Shown: positions 48,321 to 62,746, counted from the first letter of the stretch. The stretch is 64,000 nt of DNA from Mobula hypostoma (GCF_963921235.1 NC_086097.1:132434001-132498000), one strand, 5' to 3'. Notes: a model not told the origin generated them from the letters alone. Translations and numbers: made by a program.

Positions 48321-51300
48321 ATTAGTAATATTAGGGATATAAGTCAAGACAAGGTCTGGAGTCTAGAGAGAAACAGGCACTGCAGCAGAATGAACAGTTC
48401 ACTGAGTTCTGATCAGAACTATACAGAACAAAAGGATAATAACAACTCCTAGGCCAACAGAGCTGACAACTACGATTCTCAAACTAGAACCTAATAACAT
48501 CACTGTGGCTCATATGCAGTAACTTAGTACTAAAGTAATGCTGCTAGTTTGCAGCATCAATCTAAATTGTAATTTTCTCTCCCTAATGTGGACAATGGTA
48601 AGCAGGAAGCATTGCCATCGCTATGCTTCAGTCAAGACTGAAATGAAAGGAATAGAGTTAAATATGACCATAAATTAACCCTAATTTGCATACAATTGCT
48701 GATCCCCATTAGCTGCCTGCCTGCGAGGGCACCCAGACACAGTGCAGAGTCTATGGTTGTCACAGGTGCCCCCCCCCCCCGCCCCTTGCTGGGCACAGCT
48801 CTGAGGCACCAGAGACCTGGTTCTGCTGGAAGCCCTGGACGAGAGATTTGCCCTGGATGTCACAAGCTGCAATCCAAGAGCATTTCTCTGGGTTATACCC
48901 CACCCAATCAATGAGGTAGTGGACCTCGCCCTAAACCTGGAGAGATATGAGGAGGCCACAGAGAATAGACCGGTGACCCATCTAATAAGTGGCGAGGAGA
49001 GGGAGAGGGGTGACTGGAACAAGGGGGTTTGAGCTAGGAAACATGGAACACCGGGTGAATCTTCATAGAAGATGGTAGGCACAGTCTATAGGAAGCTCTG
49101 TTGATAGGCTTTTCCACTATGAGTGGCCCCACATAGCATGGGGCTAACACGGCTCTCTACTCTGAAGGGACTGTCTCTAGACGCCGGCCAAACTTTTTCA
49201 CCCTGGCTTGAGCAGCCTCACCTGTCGGCAGAGCCGATCAGCCTGCCAGGAATATTTTTTCTGAGTTGGCAGTAGAGATGCCCTGGCATGACTCACATTC
49301 GTTTGTAGTGTTGGACCAATTCTTCAGCACCATGTCAAAGGGGGACTTGCCAGCGGAGGATAACTGGACATTATCTTGGGCTATCTCTGCCCAAACCAGT
49401 CGGGAACTCCAGGTCGTGTGGTTGGAAGTGACAAGGCAGGGCAGTGTTTTCTCCAGTTCCTGATTCATTCTGTCAGTCTGGCTGTTAGATTAGGAAGCGG
49501 AAACCTGATGAGAAGGTGGCTGTGGCTCCCAAAAGAGAATAGAAAGCCTTCTAAAAATCAGACGTGAACTGTGGTCCTCGATTAGACACTATATCCAACA
49601 CAGGATGGGCTCTGGATTGGCGTTATCCTCAGAGATGTCCAACTGGTTGGAGAGAGCGTTGGCCTCAGTATCCTTACTGCCAGGACAGTAGGTGAGGGTG
49701 AAGTTAAACCAGGTGAAGAAGAGAGCCCAACGGGATTAACAGGAGTTGAGTCTCTTGACTACGTTTGAGTACCAAATATGGGAGAGGTTCTTGTGATCTG
49801 CTCATAACAGAAAGGTGTGCTCTGTCCCCTCTAGAGCCTCCTTGACAGCCAGAAGTTCTTGGTTCCTGATATCATAGTTATGCTTTTCAGGAATCAAGCA
49901 ATGGGAAAGAAGAGCTCAGGTGCAGCCAATTTTCTACAGAGGATCTGCAATGCTGACATCTGATGCATCAACCCCAACAATGAATGGATGGGCTGCTTCA
50001 GTACTGGGGCAGAGGTGAGGTGTCATTTATGCTCTGTGAATGCTTGGTCTGCTTCACGTCCATAGAAATCCTGCAGAGGTCTTCTTGGTGAGTTAATTTA
50101 TGAGAGCTGCAATAGAACTAAAGTTTCTGATGAAGCGGTGATAAAAGTTTGCAAAACCCATGAAACGCCTGACCTGTTTGACCATAGATGGTTTGGGCCA
50201 CTCTGTGAGTATACATTGACCAGAGCCTGAGAAACAGCAGGGGTGTTAGCCAGACCAAAAGGCATCATAGTGGCTAGTGGAAGGGTTGAATGCTGTCTTC
50301 CACTTTTCATCTTCTCAGATGCAAACCAGCTGGTAATCATTGAACAGATTTATCTTGGAAAATATGGAGATGTACGAACACAGAGGCAAGTAGGAGAAGA
50401 GAGTTGTGGTTCTTCGTGGTGACATTGTTGAGGGACAGATAATCATGCAGGGATGGAACTTGCCATCCTTCTTGTTCAGAAAAAAAGAGGCCTGCCCCTG
50501 CTGTCAAGGCTGATGGAGGAATAAATCCTAAAACCAAAGCCACCTTGATCTACATTTCCATAGCCACTATTTCAGAATGAGAGAGGACAAACAGCTGGCC
50601 CCAGGGAGGACTAGAACTGGGTAAAAGATCAATTGCTCAGTTGCATGATCGATGAGGAGGTAGAAATGTGGTTTACTTCTTACTGAAGACCTCAAGGAGA
50701 TCAGCATACTCAGATGGAACACTAGACAGGTCCACACTCGTCATTGGCGCACGAGGGGATACGCAGACAGGGGCTTGAGCTGGACCCAGCCAGGTAGACA
50801 GGCATGTTGGTCCCCACTCCTGGAGCACCTTTAGGGACTGTAGATTGTGTCAAGGTACCCAGGGAAGGCCAAGCAGCAGCAGCAGTTCAAGCAAATCAAC
50901 AAGATAGAAGGAGAGCTGTTCCCTATGGTTGCCCTCTTGCACAAAGTTGGAGGGGTTCTGTGGAAAGGTGGATCTTATCGCTGCCCAGAGGTTGATCTTC
51001 CAGAACCCTGACATCAATATTCTCTTTCAATTGTTGAGTGGGAACTCCCCATCTTTGAGCGAGAGAGATATCCATAAGGTTTCCAGCTGCCCCATAGTCA
51101 ATAAACACCTGAATCTCATGGGTCTGGGACACCAACGGCAAGGAAGTTGGAAGCTTCACTCAGTTAGGGGAAGATGTTTGCAGGGAGAATCAACCTGTCA
51201 GAATTCCCCTTCCAGCTGTCAGGTATCCACTTTTACTGGGCGCTTGGGCATGATGTATGGAAGTTTCCTGGAGCGCCACAGTAAAGTCAGCGACCTCTCC

Positions 51301-51999
51301 TCCTGCACTGATCTTGTTCATCCTGACATAGGTGCAGGCCATCCACCTGCATATAGGCTCCTCTTTGGGTGTACTGGGTGAGGAGTGAGAGGGTGAAGAC
51401 AGACAGTGATCTAAAGTGAAGGAGGCTTGGGGCATTCTCTCTCTGTGCCACTCAGTTGTCCTGTTATCTATTCAACTGGACAGGTTTATCGGGTCTTCAA
51501 GTCTGGCCTGTTCATCACGCACTGTGACCTCATGCTGGACCCCTGCACTCAGCCTACACTGGAAAACCATGATGAAGGTTCTCTTGTCCTACCCCATCTC
51601 TTCGTCTCAACTACATGTGCGCAGAATTTTACTGCATAGCCCTCAGTGTCCCTTCCCTTGGTGCTGGTCCAGAAGTCTGTGGGCAGCCTCCTGACATCGT
51701 CCTGGGGTTCAAACACCCTGTTGAACTCAACTTTAAATTGCTGGAAAGACTGAGCTACAGGGGAACCTTGTTCTTGAAGAACATTAAACAGGCTGAGTGG
51801 GGGTCTGTCTGAGAGATTCACCAGGTAAGCCATTTTATGTGCATTATAACTGAATCAACCTGGCTGGGCTTGGAGAGTTAGCTCATACTAGGTAATAAAA
51901 TTCCTAAAGCCGTTGGGGTCGCTGGTATCAGCCTGGTGGTGGAATGCTCATTCTGATCTGTAAGCAGTGATGAGGCAGTAGTGACTGAGACTGATATAG

Positions 52000-52936
52000 A
52001 CTGAATTCATAATTTATTATTACAATGGGATAAGCGTCCTTTGTCTAAGATTAAACAGGATTGGGAAAAGGAATTTAATTTGACTTTTATGACGGAGGAT
52101 TGGATGTGGATATTGAAGTTGGTTAACTCTTCTTCAATTTGTGCTAGCCACTCATTGATACGATTTAAAATTGTACATCGTTATCATTTGACAAAGGAGA
52201 GACTTTCTAAAATCTTTCCTAATGTTGATAGTCATTGTGATAGATGTAAAACTGAGATAGCTACACTGACACATATGTTTTGGTCTTGTTCTATATTGGA
52301 ACAGTTCTGGAAGTTGGTTTTCTCAACAATTTCTGAAGCACTTAAAATTAATTTACAACCTAATAAATTAACTGTGTTTTTGGAATAGTTCCTCAAAATA
52401 TTCATGGTATTTCTGTGTCTGACCAACATGTTATTGCATTTGTTACATCGACAGCTAGGAGGACCATTTTGTTGAAGTGGAAGGATACATCAGCTCCCAC
52501 TTTGTCACAATGGTTCTCTCAAGTGATGCTATGTCTTGGTTTGGAGAAAATTAGAAGTCAAACCTTTGAACCTTTATTTGATTTTGAGAAAAGATGAGGC
52601 TCATTTGCTTGTTATTATCATTTGAGTTAATTGATATAATTTTTCCACGATCAAATTGTAAATTCTTTTAGTATATTTTCTTTTCTTGCTGGCGGTTTGA
52701 TATTTATTTTTAGAAGCTTTTTGTATGATGCATGGCTCCGGGGTTGTACACCTAATGGGTTCTCTTTTCTTTTCTCACTTTTCTGCTCAGTAGGTTTTTT
52801 TTGTTATCACAAAATTTTGTTTTCAATCTTTAAGATGATGGGTTTTTTTTGAGGCATTGTAAGTGTTGTTACTTCGATGTACTCATGTTATTTTTCCTAT
52901 ATATATATACAATAAAAAAATTTGAAAAGAAAGAAA
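52000..52936 (+). mobile_element. 5'-truncated L1 LINE
   Basis: KIKQDWEKE..FKIVHRYH..CDRCKTEIATLTHMFWSC CCHC knuckle; AATAAA plus A-rich tail; 13-bp TSD GAGACTG(A/G)TATAG (51987-51999, 52937-52949). Confidence 0.92.
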
Positions 52937-53401
52937 GAGACTGGTATAGTGGAGGATGAGGGAAGTGCTGATGCTGGGAGAGGGGCTATCCTGGATGAAT
53001 ACTGTTGAATTGTGGCCACAAGAGCAGTGATGGCTGCCACCTGACTCTGGCTGTCTGTGGTAATTGGCTGAATTGTCGCTGACAGTGCTGACAAATGTTC
53101 TTCCTGCTTGGACTGGGCTTGCCACTGTGAAGGTAATTGTCATACTGCATGAGCTGTTTCTGCCAACCCTGACTCACCTGACTTTAATCCTCATCTGACC
53201 AACAAGTTTCAGTCTGAGCTGGACTTGCCACTCTGCGTATCGTTGTTGCACTGCATGAGACAGTTCTGCCAACCAAGCCTCCACTGACTTTAACTCTTCC
53301 CCTGTCAGGCCAATAAAATTCAGGGCTGAGTTCAGCTGTTCTCTCTCTGCTTGGGTCCATTTTAATAGTCTAGTCTTGGAGACAAGATGTACGGTAATGG
53401 C

Positions 53402-53949
53402 TGTTGTAGCGTAGATGAAATCACCAGAGAGACAGAGTCACTGGTAGATACAGAGCAGCTTCTTTATTCAACACAAGGTACAGCAGGTATCACACGGACG
53501 GAGGCACTTTCGGGAGAAAGGTCTGCTAGCCCAGTGTGGGCTCGATATTTATATGCTAAACACAAAGGCAATCGCTACTTGAAAAGTTATAGACAATGCA
53601 TAGACAATACTTCCTTTTGAAGCTACATACAAACATCATACCTTCAGACTTCATCCTTTTCTTTCCAACGCCAACATGTCTGGAATGCAAGTTAAATCCA
53701 CGATACATTTATTTGGCATGTTATGTGCTAACATAGAAGACAATTAATATTTATGAAGTATAGATAATACTGTCTTCAAAACTACAGCATCTGGTCAAAC
53801 TACAGCGCCAGCAGCTTCTGGTACTCACACCTTTTTAGGAAGTGCATTGTCGTGGAATCAATCCACAGTACTTTGTCAAATAGAAGTCTGGTGGCCAAAG
53901 TCATTTAAGTGTAAACAAATCATCTACCCCCAAAAAACTCACTCTAACA
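53402..53949 (-). mobile_element. Solo LTR (family A, copy 2) inserted in the Gypsy 5' LTR
   Basis: ATGGC TSD (53397-53401, 53950-53954); reverse-complement homologue of 36884-37451. Confidence 0.92.
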
Positions 53950-54599
53950 ATGGCCCATGTGCAGAGGGAGAGACACAACAGCAGAATGAAGAGTTCATTG
54001 AGTTTTAATAAGAAAGGTACAGAACAAAAGGAAAATAATGCTAAGCCAGCTAACTAAAACCCACAGACTAAAATCTAACACTGTTACTGCAAGTCAGAGG
54101 CATTCATTTAATACTAAATAAATACTGCTCCCTTACAGTGTCAATCTAAATAGTAATCTTTTTTTCCCAGAATGTGGACAACAGTAAGCAGGGAGTGTAG
54201 CTTTTGCTATGTTTCGGACTGGACTCAACAAGACTGACACAAAAGGAAAGGAGTTAAATAGAAGCACACAAACTGTAATTGATTGGAATGTGCATTCACA
54301 TGTGTGTGAGATTGCTAATCCCTTTCAGCTGTCCACCTGCGAGTGCACCCAGACTCCACGGCCATGTCCATGGTTGTGACAGAAACCAGAGGTAGGTGTG
54401 CAGTGTAAGAACAATTGCAGCCAGGCACTGTCTCGGAAGGACCCACTCTCTTTTCTTAAGGACTAGTTGTTACATTATGAGCTTTTCAAACCAACATTTC
54501 ACAAAACAAAGCATGACACTTTCAGGAGATTTTTACAAAAGGCATACTAAAGTGCTATAGAGGTGGTAGGAATCTGAAATAAGAGTGGAATATGTATGG

Positions 54600-55200
54600 C
54601 GTATTGTGTCATTGAGTAATACAGCACAAAGATAGGCTCCTTAGCCTAACTGTGTACGTCGGCCAAAATACTTTTCTTAGCTCGCCCATTCACCCATTTT
54701 TGGTGCTTACCCCTCTAAACTTTCCCTATCCAATTATTTGTCCAAATTTTCTTTTGTTATTGTATCTGTATTAATCATTTCTTCTGGCAACTTGTCCCAC
54801 ATACACACGACCTTCAACATGAAGAAGTTCCTCCTCAGGTCCCTTTTAAAGCCATCCCTTCTCATCTTAAACCCACTGAATGCTCTCTGGTTTTTGATTC
54901 TCTTTCACTGGGAAAAAAAGACCATGCACATTCAGCACATCCATCCCTTCGATATTGTTACTCCTTTCAAATGCTGTAGAGGATGATGTCCTAGCTTACC
55001 CAGCATCTCCCTATAACCAGACCTTTTCATCTTACAACATTTCTCTAAATCTTCTTTGCACTCTTTCCAACTTAATGATGTCTTTTCTTTAGCAGCCTCA
55101 CCAACGTCCTGCAGAACTGCAACATAATGTCCCAACTCCTACACTCAATGCCTTGATGAACAAAAGCCAGAGTGCCAGATGCTTTCTGCACAAACCTGAT
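54600..55200 (-). mobile_element. Decayed CR1 3' fragment
   Basis: Minus strand RFKRDLRRNFF-like coding and LQDVGEA remnant. Confidence 0.6.
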
Positions 55201-56349
55201 GCACTACAACCTAGACAGATGCAAAATTAACCGTGGTAGGATAAAAATCGAAAGACAAAGTGTTACTTAAATGAAAATAGGCTGGCAAACGTTGATATAA
55301 AGGACCCTGGGTGTTGTTGTAAACCAGTGACTGAAAGCAAATTTGCTGGTCCTGAAATATAGACGGATGGATGAACAATCAGATAGACAGGATAAAGGAA
55401 GGAAGGGTAGATAGAATAATGAAAAGAAGAAAGTTGTGATGGGAGGAAATAATAAAGAGAGGGCAGGAGAAGGACAGAAGGAGACAATAGAGGATGGATT
55501 CGTGGGTGGGTAGGTAGACAGATGAATGAGGTAAGGGCAAACAGACAGACCAAAGAAAGAGTAAAGAATGGAGAGGCCAAAGAAAAGAAGGAGGGACAAG
55601 CATGTACCATCAGGCTCAAGGACAGCTTTATCTTGCTCTTATAATAGTACCTAATAGACCTCTTATGTGATAGGATGAACTCTTGACCTTACAACCTACT
55701 CCGTTTTGGCCCTTATTGGCTATCTGCAGTACACTATCTCTGTAAATATAACACTATATTCTGTTGTTGCTTATCATTTGTACAACCTCCATCCACTGAT
55801 GTGATGAAATCTGTATGAATGACATAAAAAATGAAGATTCTCAGTACATGACAATAATAAATTAATTTTCTGGTTTAAACATGAAATGGAGGATAATGGA
55901 AGTAAAAGCAGAGAGATAGCAAGAGCTCCATGCATTTATAACTCTCTAAACCTGCTTTATACCCAGCAGCCAACATGAAAACTTTACCCAAAATATGAAG
56001 TCAAATTGAATTGATTGAGACTGTGCCCAGAAGCATTGCAATGTGTTCACATGCAAATCCATCTGGGTTGCAGAACTGCTGGTTTCTGAACTGCTTTGCA
56101 CTCCTTTTGAGCAGGATTAATAATTACCAGTTGGTTATAAACACTAATAGAATAGTTAAATAGTCAGTTTATTTGTAATGGAAATACCACATGATGTTAT
56201 CCAATATAAACCAGATTCTAGCAAATAATGGTTCACATTCCGTGCTGACCAATTTCTATTTCAAAATCATCAAAACCTGTTGTGGAATAATCCAGATAAA
56301 CTCCTTATGCTAAGTTAGTGCCTTTTTCAGAAGAATGAAAAATCCTTTG

Positions 56350-57735
56350 GAATTGACTGAATTGAATTGACTTTATTACTTACATCCTTCACCTACATGA
56401 GGAGTAAAAATCTTTACATTATGTCTCCGTTCAAATGTGCAATGTGCAATTATAGTAATTTATAATAAATATTATATACAACAAGATACTCAATATAACA
56501 TAGAAATACAGTTGTGTCAGCATGAATTAAGCAGTCTGATGACCTGGTGGAAGAAGCTGTCCTGGAGCCTGTTGGTCCTGGCTTTTATGCTGTGGTACCA
56601 TTTCCCAGATGGTAGCAGCTGGAACAGTTTGTGGTTGGGGTGACTCGAGTCTCCAATGACCTTTTAGGCCCTTTTTACACACCTATCTTTGTAAATGTCC
56701 TGAAAAGTGTGAAGTTCACTTCTACAGATGCACTGGGCTGTCCGCACCACTCTCTGCAGAGTCCTGCAATTAAGGAAAGTGCAGTTCCATATCATGCAGT
56801 GAAGCAGTCAGTCAGGATGCTCTCAATCATGCCCCTATAGAAAGTTCTTAGAATTTGGGGGCCCATAACAAACTTCTTCAACTGTTTGAGGTGAAGGAGG
56901 CGCTCTTGTGCCTTTTTCACCACACAGCCAGTATGTACAAACCACGTGAGATCCTCAGTGATGTTTATGCCCAGGAACTTAAAGCTGTTCACCCTCTCAA
57001 CCCCAGATCCATTGATATCAATAGCGGTTATCCTGTCTCCACTCCTGCTGTAGTCCACAACCAGCTCTTTCGTTTCTGCGACGTTGAGGGAGAGGTTGTT
57101 TTCTTGACACCACTGTGTCAGGGTGATGACTTCCTCTTTGTAGACTGCCTCATTATTAGTTGAGATTAGGCCAATCAGTATAGTGTCATCAGCAAATTTA
57201 ATTAGCAGTTTGGAGTTGTGGGTGGTGACACATTCATGGGTATACAAAGATTAAAGGAGGGGGCTTAATACACAGCTCTGAGGCACACTTGTGTTGAGGG
57301 TCAGAGGGGCAGAGGTGAGGGAGCCCACTCTTACCACCTGCCAGCGATCTGACAGGAAGTCCAAGATCCAGCTACACATGGCAGGGTGAAGGCCAATGCC
57401 TCTGAGCTTCTTGTCAAGCCTGCAGGGAGTTATACTGTTGAATGCTGAACTGTAGTCTAAGAAAAGCATTCTCACATAAGCATCTCTTTGCTCCAGATGT
57501 GTGAGGACTGTGCGTAGAGCTGTAGCTATTGCATCATCTGACGATCAGTTGTTTCGGTAAGCGAACTGTAGGGGGTCCATGCTGCAGATGTAGCCCTTGA
57601 CCAGCTTCTCATTATTGAGGTGAGTGCGACAGCACGCCAGTTGTTCAGACATGTTACCTTGGTCTTTTGAGGTACAGGGACAATCGTAGATGTTTTGAAG
57701 CAGGAGGGCACTCTACACTGGGAGAGGGAGAGATC
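56350..57735 (-). mobile_element. 5'-truncated Rex1/Babar LINE (RT region)
   Basis: CFKTSTIVPVP, FLDYSSAFNSI, PQSCVLSPLL, YTHEC..IKFADD, IESILTDC; (AATTG)n tail. Confidence 0.92.
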
Positions 57736-58254
57736 TTAAAGTTTCATGTATTATAAATGTTAGTACTGATTATTGCTTTATTGATAAGCACACTTGAGTG
57801 TCATTGCTGTGTCTTCCCCCTCTCAGAAGTGAAATTACCTTGTACTTTGACTTAAGTTGTATTCACCAGATAACTGTGCAATAGAAGAAAATAAAACATG
57901 ATCTGAAGAAATCAACTTCATTCTCCAGAGTTATCCATGTATGTTTGAGGGAGCTCTTGAGGGGATGGGGCTGACAGATGATATCCATGGAGTATCCCAA
58001 CTATGCATGACCATCCCATAATATTTAGAATCGGGAGACACAGAGTTATAAGGAGATACAGCACAGACTCAGCCAAGTCTATACGAAATATCAACCATCT
58101 ATTTAAGCTAAACCTGCATTTATCCCATTCCTCGATTCACACGGAGTAATTTACAGTAATCAGTTAACAAACCAATCCATATGCCTTTGTGATTGTTACA
58201 ACCAAGATCATAGAGTAATAGAGTAACCTAAAGCAGACACTCTCTTTTGTTCTA

Positions 58255-58354
58255 TCCCTTTCCCTCTTCCCTCTCCCATCGTCCTCTCTCTCTTTCTCTC
58301 CCCCCTCTCTCCCTCACTCTCTCTCTCTCTCCCTCTCCCTCTCCCTCTCTCTCA

Positions 58355-58396
<42 letters not shown>
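58255..58396. repeat. (CT)n-rich microsatellite within a minus-strand V-SINE (about 58135-58495)
   Basis: Directly visible CT/CCCT repeats flanked by V-domain and tRNA-head remnants. Confidence 0.9.
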
Positions 58397-58397
<1 letters not shown>

Positions 58398-58829
58398 TCA
58401 CATGGTCACAGGGAGTCAACACTCGAGTTCAGGATTGAACCTGGGTCTCCTTGATACTGTGAGGTAGCAGCTGTACAGGCTGTACCACTGTGCTGCTTAT
58501 GTGGAGCAGGGATTAATAACTACTTTTTTTTCAAACAAAAACTTTACAGAGCTGCCAGTCAAATCTAGGATGCCTGTGATTTTCCTCCACATAATTTCCT
58601 GTAGATGGAGCAGATTAATCCTTTGGACACGAAACTCCTCATTCATGAAAAGGCTGTAACAACATTCTATTAGCATTTCTCAACTACTTTATAAACCTGG
58701 CCTATTGGCATGCTTTCAACTCTGGACTGCGTTCTGGCTCTCCCCAAAACTAACACCACCCCATCCACCATAAATCTTGGGTCAAAGTTTTGTTAATTCA
58801 AATTCCAACCCGAAGACTTGCACTAAGGG

Positions 58830-61070
58830 AACAGAAGTTCTAGATTGGATGTTATGCAATGACCCAAATTTATTTAGGGAGCTTAAGGTAAATAAATAAA
58901 CTTTAGGAGGCAGTGATCAATATATGAGAGAATTCACCCTGCATTTTGAGAAGAGGAAGCTAAAGTCAAATGAATTAGTATTACATTGTAGTAAAGGAAA
59001 TTACCATGAGAGCTACGAGAGAAGAGCTTGCTAAGGTTGATTGGAAGGGGACGCTAGCAGGGATGATGGCAGACAGCAAAGATTGGTGTTTCTGGGGGAA
59101 ATTCAGAAAACACAGGAAAGATACATTCTAAAGATGAAGAAATATTCTACAGTGAGGATTAGGCAAACATGGCTGACAAGGGAAGTCAAAGACAGCATAA
59201 AAGCTAAGGAGAGGACGGACAATATTACAAAAATCAGTGGGGAGGTAGAGGATTGGGAAGCATTTAAAAACCAAAAGAAGGCAACTAAAAAGCCATTAAG
59301 AGAGAAAATATGAAGGTAAGCTCGCGAATAATATAAAAGAGGATATAAAGTTTTTTTTCAGATATATGAAGTATAAAAGACGAGTATAGAATCATACCAC
59401 TGGAAAATGATGCTGGAGAGGTAGTAATGGAGGATAACTACAAGTTTTCTCAGTGGAAAACACCAGCAGAATGCCAGAAATGTGAGAGTATCAGGGAGCA
59501 GAAGTGAGTGTCATTGCTATTACTAAGGAGAAGCTGCTTCGGAAGCTGAGCAGTCTGAAAGTAGATAAGTCATCTGGACCAGTGGACTATACCCCAGGGT
59601 TCTGAAAGAGGTAGCCGTAGAGATTATGCAGGCATTAGTAATGATCTCTCAAGAATTTCAAATTCTGGAATAGTTCTGGAGGAGTGGAAAATTACAAAGG
59701 TTACTTCACTCTTTAAGAAGGGAGGGAGGCAGACATAAGGAAATAATAGGCTAGTTAGCCTGATTTCAGTGGGAAGAAGTTGGAGTCTATTATTAAGAAT
59801 GAGATTTCAGATTACTTGGAGATACATTAAAAAGCAGATCAAAGTCAGCATGGTTTTCTAAAAGGGAAATCTTGCCTGACAAATCTGCTGAAATTCTTTG
59901 ATAAACTAACAGGCAGAATAGACAAAGGAGAATCAATGGATGTTGTCTCTTGGATTTTCAGAAAGCCTTTGACAAGATGCCACACATGAGGTTGCTTCAC
60001 AAGATGAGAGCCTGTGGTATGACAGAAAATGTACTAGAATGGATGGAAAATTAGTTGACTGGCAGGATGCAATGATTGGAAATAAAGGGGGCCTTTTCTG
60101 GTTGTCTGCTGGTGTGTCACAGGGGTCAAAGATGGGATCACTTCTTTCCATGTTATATATCAATGACTGGTTGTTGGAATTGATGGCTTTGGGCCAAGTT
60201 TGTGGATGAAACGAAGATAGGTGGAGGGCCAGTTCTATTGAAGTAGCAGGGAGTCTGCAGAAGGGCTTAGGCGGATTGGAAGAGTGGGCAAAGAAGTGGC
60301 AGATGGACCATTGTGTAGAAGGAATAAAGGTGTGGACTGTTTAAAAAATGGGGAGAAAATTCAAAGCTCGGAGGTCCAAAGGGACCTGGAAATCCCCATG
60401 CAAGATTTCTTAAACGTTAACTTGCAGGATGAGTCAGTAGTACTGAAAGTAAATGCAATGTTAGCATTCATTTCAAAAGGACTAGAATTCAAAAGCAAGG
60501 ATGTAATGCTGAAGCTTTAAAAGCCATTTGTCACACTGCACTTGGAACATTGTGAGCTGTTTGGGACACTTATCTAAGAAAAGATGTGCTGGCATTGGAG
60601 ATGGTCCAGAGGAGATTCACAAAAATGATCTTAGGAAAGAAAAGGTTAACATCTGAGGAGCATTTTATGCCTCTGAGCCTGTACTCACTGGAGTTTAGAG
60701 GAAAGGAGGGGAGATCTCATTGCAACCTATTAACTAGTGAAAGGCCTAGTTAGAGTCGATGTGTTTCCTATCGTGGCAGTCTAGGATGAGAGGGGGCAGC
60801 CTCAGTATTGAGAGATGTCCATTTAAATCAGAGATGAGGAAAAGATTCTATAGCCAGAGGATTGTAAACCTGTGGTATTCATTGCCAAGACAGTTGTGCA
60901 AGTCATTGGGTATATTTAAAGTGAAGTGGAAGTTGATAGGTTCTAGATTAATTAGGGTGTCAAAGGTAATGGGGAGAAGGCAGGAAAATGGGTTTGAGAA
61001 GAATAAATAAACAGCCATGATGTAGTGGCAGAGCAGATTTGATGGTCCAAATGGCCTGATTCTGCTCCTA
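58830..61070 (+). mobile_element. Heavily decayed CR1 LINE
   Basis: WLTREVKDSIK, QHGFLKGKSCLTNL, DFQKAF, KFVDETK remnants; TCTTATGCTCTTATG tail. Confidence 0.9.
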
Positions 61071-61629
61071 TGTCTTATGCTCTTATGGTCAAATTATCCA
61101 TCTGCATATTTGCAACGTTATTGTCTGATCATTATTGCATATTGCTTACTTCTTATGTAATCTTCCTGTGCACAAATCATGTATCTCCACACCAGATGCA
61201 CATCAGAAATAATTTATTGGCTGCAGAATAGTTGGTACTTGAATGAAAGTAGCACAACAGCAATATTTTGGTCCAATAATCCCAAGGTCAAGATTGACAA
61301 TCAAGGACCTGTGTTCAAATTTCCACACTGAGTTATAATTATTTAGGTGGTTTCTGTGCAATCTGTGGCTTGTTGGGTGTCATCTCTCATGCTGATCACT
61401 CTAAGGTCGCTGTGAAAGAACAGCCTTTTGGTCCACGATATCTGTGCCAATCATGAGGCCAAATGAAAATGCTGCCTTTGACCTGCACTGGACCTCTGTA
61501 CCCTGTTCCACACCTACTCATGTAACCATCCCAAAACCTGTTAAATGTCACTATTTTTATTCCTACCCCTGGCAGTGCGTTCCATATACCTACCCCTCTC
61601 TGTGTAAAAGACTTGTGCCACATACCCCC

Positions 61630-62746
61630 AGCAACAGAAAATCTGCAGATGCTGGAAATCCAAGCAACACATGCAAAATGCTGGAGGAACTCAGCAGGCC
61701 AGGCAGCACCCATGGAAAAAAAGTACAGTCAGTGGGCCAAAACCCTTTGGAAGGACTAGAGGAAAAAAAGCTGAGGAGTAGATTTAAAAGGTGGGAGGAG
61801 GGGAGAGGGAAACACCGGGTGATAGGTGAAACCAGCACAGAATTCTCCGCAACTTCTGCTATCTCCAATGGGATCCCACCACCAATCACATCTTTTCCTC
61901 CCTCCCAGTTTCTACTTTCCACAGGGATCGCTCCCTATGCGACTCCCTTGTTCATTCGCCCCTCCGCACTGATCTCCCTCCTGGTACTTATCCTTGCAAG
62001 CAGAACAAGTGCTATATCTCCCTCTACACCTCCTCCCTCAATACCTTTCAGGGCACTAAACAGTCCTTCCAGGTGAGGCAACACTTCACCTATGAGTCTG
62101 CTGGGGGTCGTTTACTGTGTTCGGTGCTCTCGATGTGGCCTCCTGTATATCGGTGAGACCCGACATAGATCGGGAGGTCGCTTTGCCAAGCATCTATGCT
62201 CTGTCTGCCAGAATAAGTGTGAATCTCCCAGTGGCCACCCATTTTAATTCCACTTTCCATTCTCATTCCGATATGTTCATCCATGGCCTCCTCCACTATC
62301 GTGATGAGCCACATTTAGGTTGGAGGAACAACACCTTATATTCTGTTTGGGTAGCCTCCAAACTGATAGCATGAACATGGGTTTGTCAAACATTTGGTAA
62401 TGCCCTCCACCCCCCACTTCACCATTCCCCACCCCCTTTTCCATCTCTCACCTTATCTCATTGCCTGCCCATCACTTCCCTCTGGTGCTCTTCCCTCCCT
62501 TTTTCTTTTTTCCATGGCCTTCTGTCTCTTTCACCAATCAACTTCCAAGTTTATTCATCCCTCCCCCTCCAGTTTTCCCCTATCAGCTTGTGTATCTCTT
62601 TCCCCTCCCTCCACCTTTTAAATCTACTCCTCAGCTTTTTTTTTCTCCAGTCCTGCCAAAGGTTTTCGGCCCAGAACGTCGACTGTTCTTTTTTCCATAG
62701 ATGCTGTCTGGCCTGCTGAGCTCCTCCAGCATTTTATGCATGTTGC
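61630..62746 (+). mobile_element. Penelope-like element with inverted 5' arm, inserted in a minus-strand CR1 3' end
   Basis: GVVYCVRCSRCGLLYIGETR GIY-YIG motif; inverted arm 61630-61830; TSD CCACATA(C/T)CCCC (61618-61629, 62747-62758). Confidence 0.9.

Larger units (their letters stand above)
48340..54381 (-). mobile_element. Decayed Sushi-like Ty3/Gypsy retrotransposon
   Basis: Diverged LTRs ending ATGGTTGTCACA (48764) and ATGGTTGTGACA (54381) on the + strand; poly-G PPT at about 48769-48785; ATGGACCCA start near 53360; FIDYGAAGNLMD protease, [26 protein letters not shown] integrase. Confidence 0.88.

Noticed and set aside
55263..55619. Hydrophobic ORFs in three minus frames
   Set aside because: Artefact of a purine-rich low-complexity tract.
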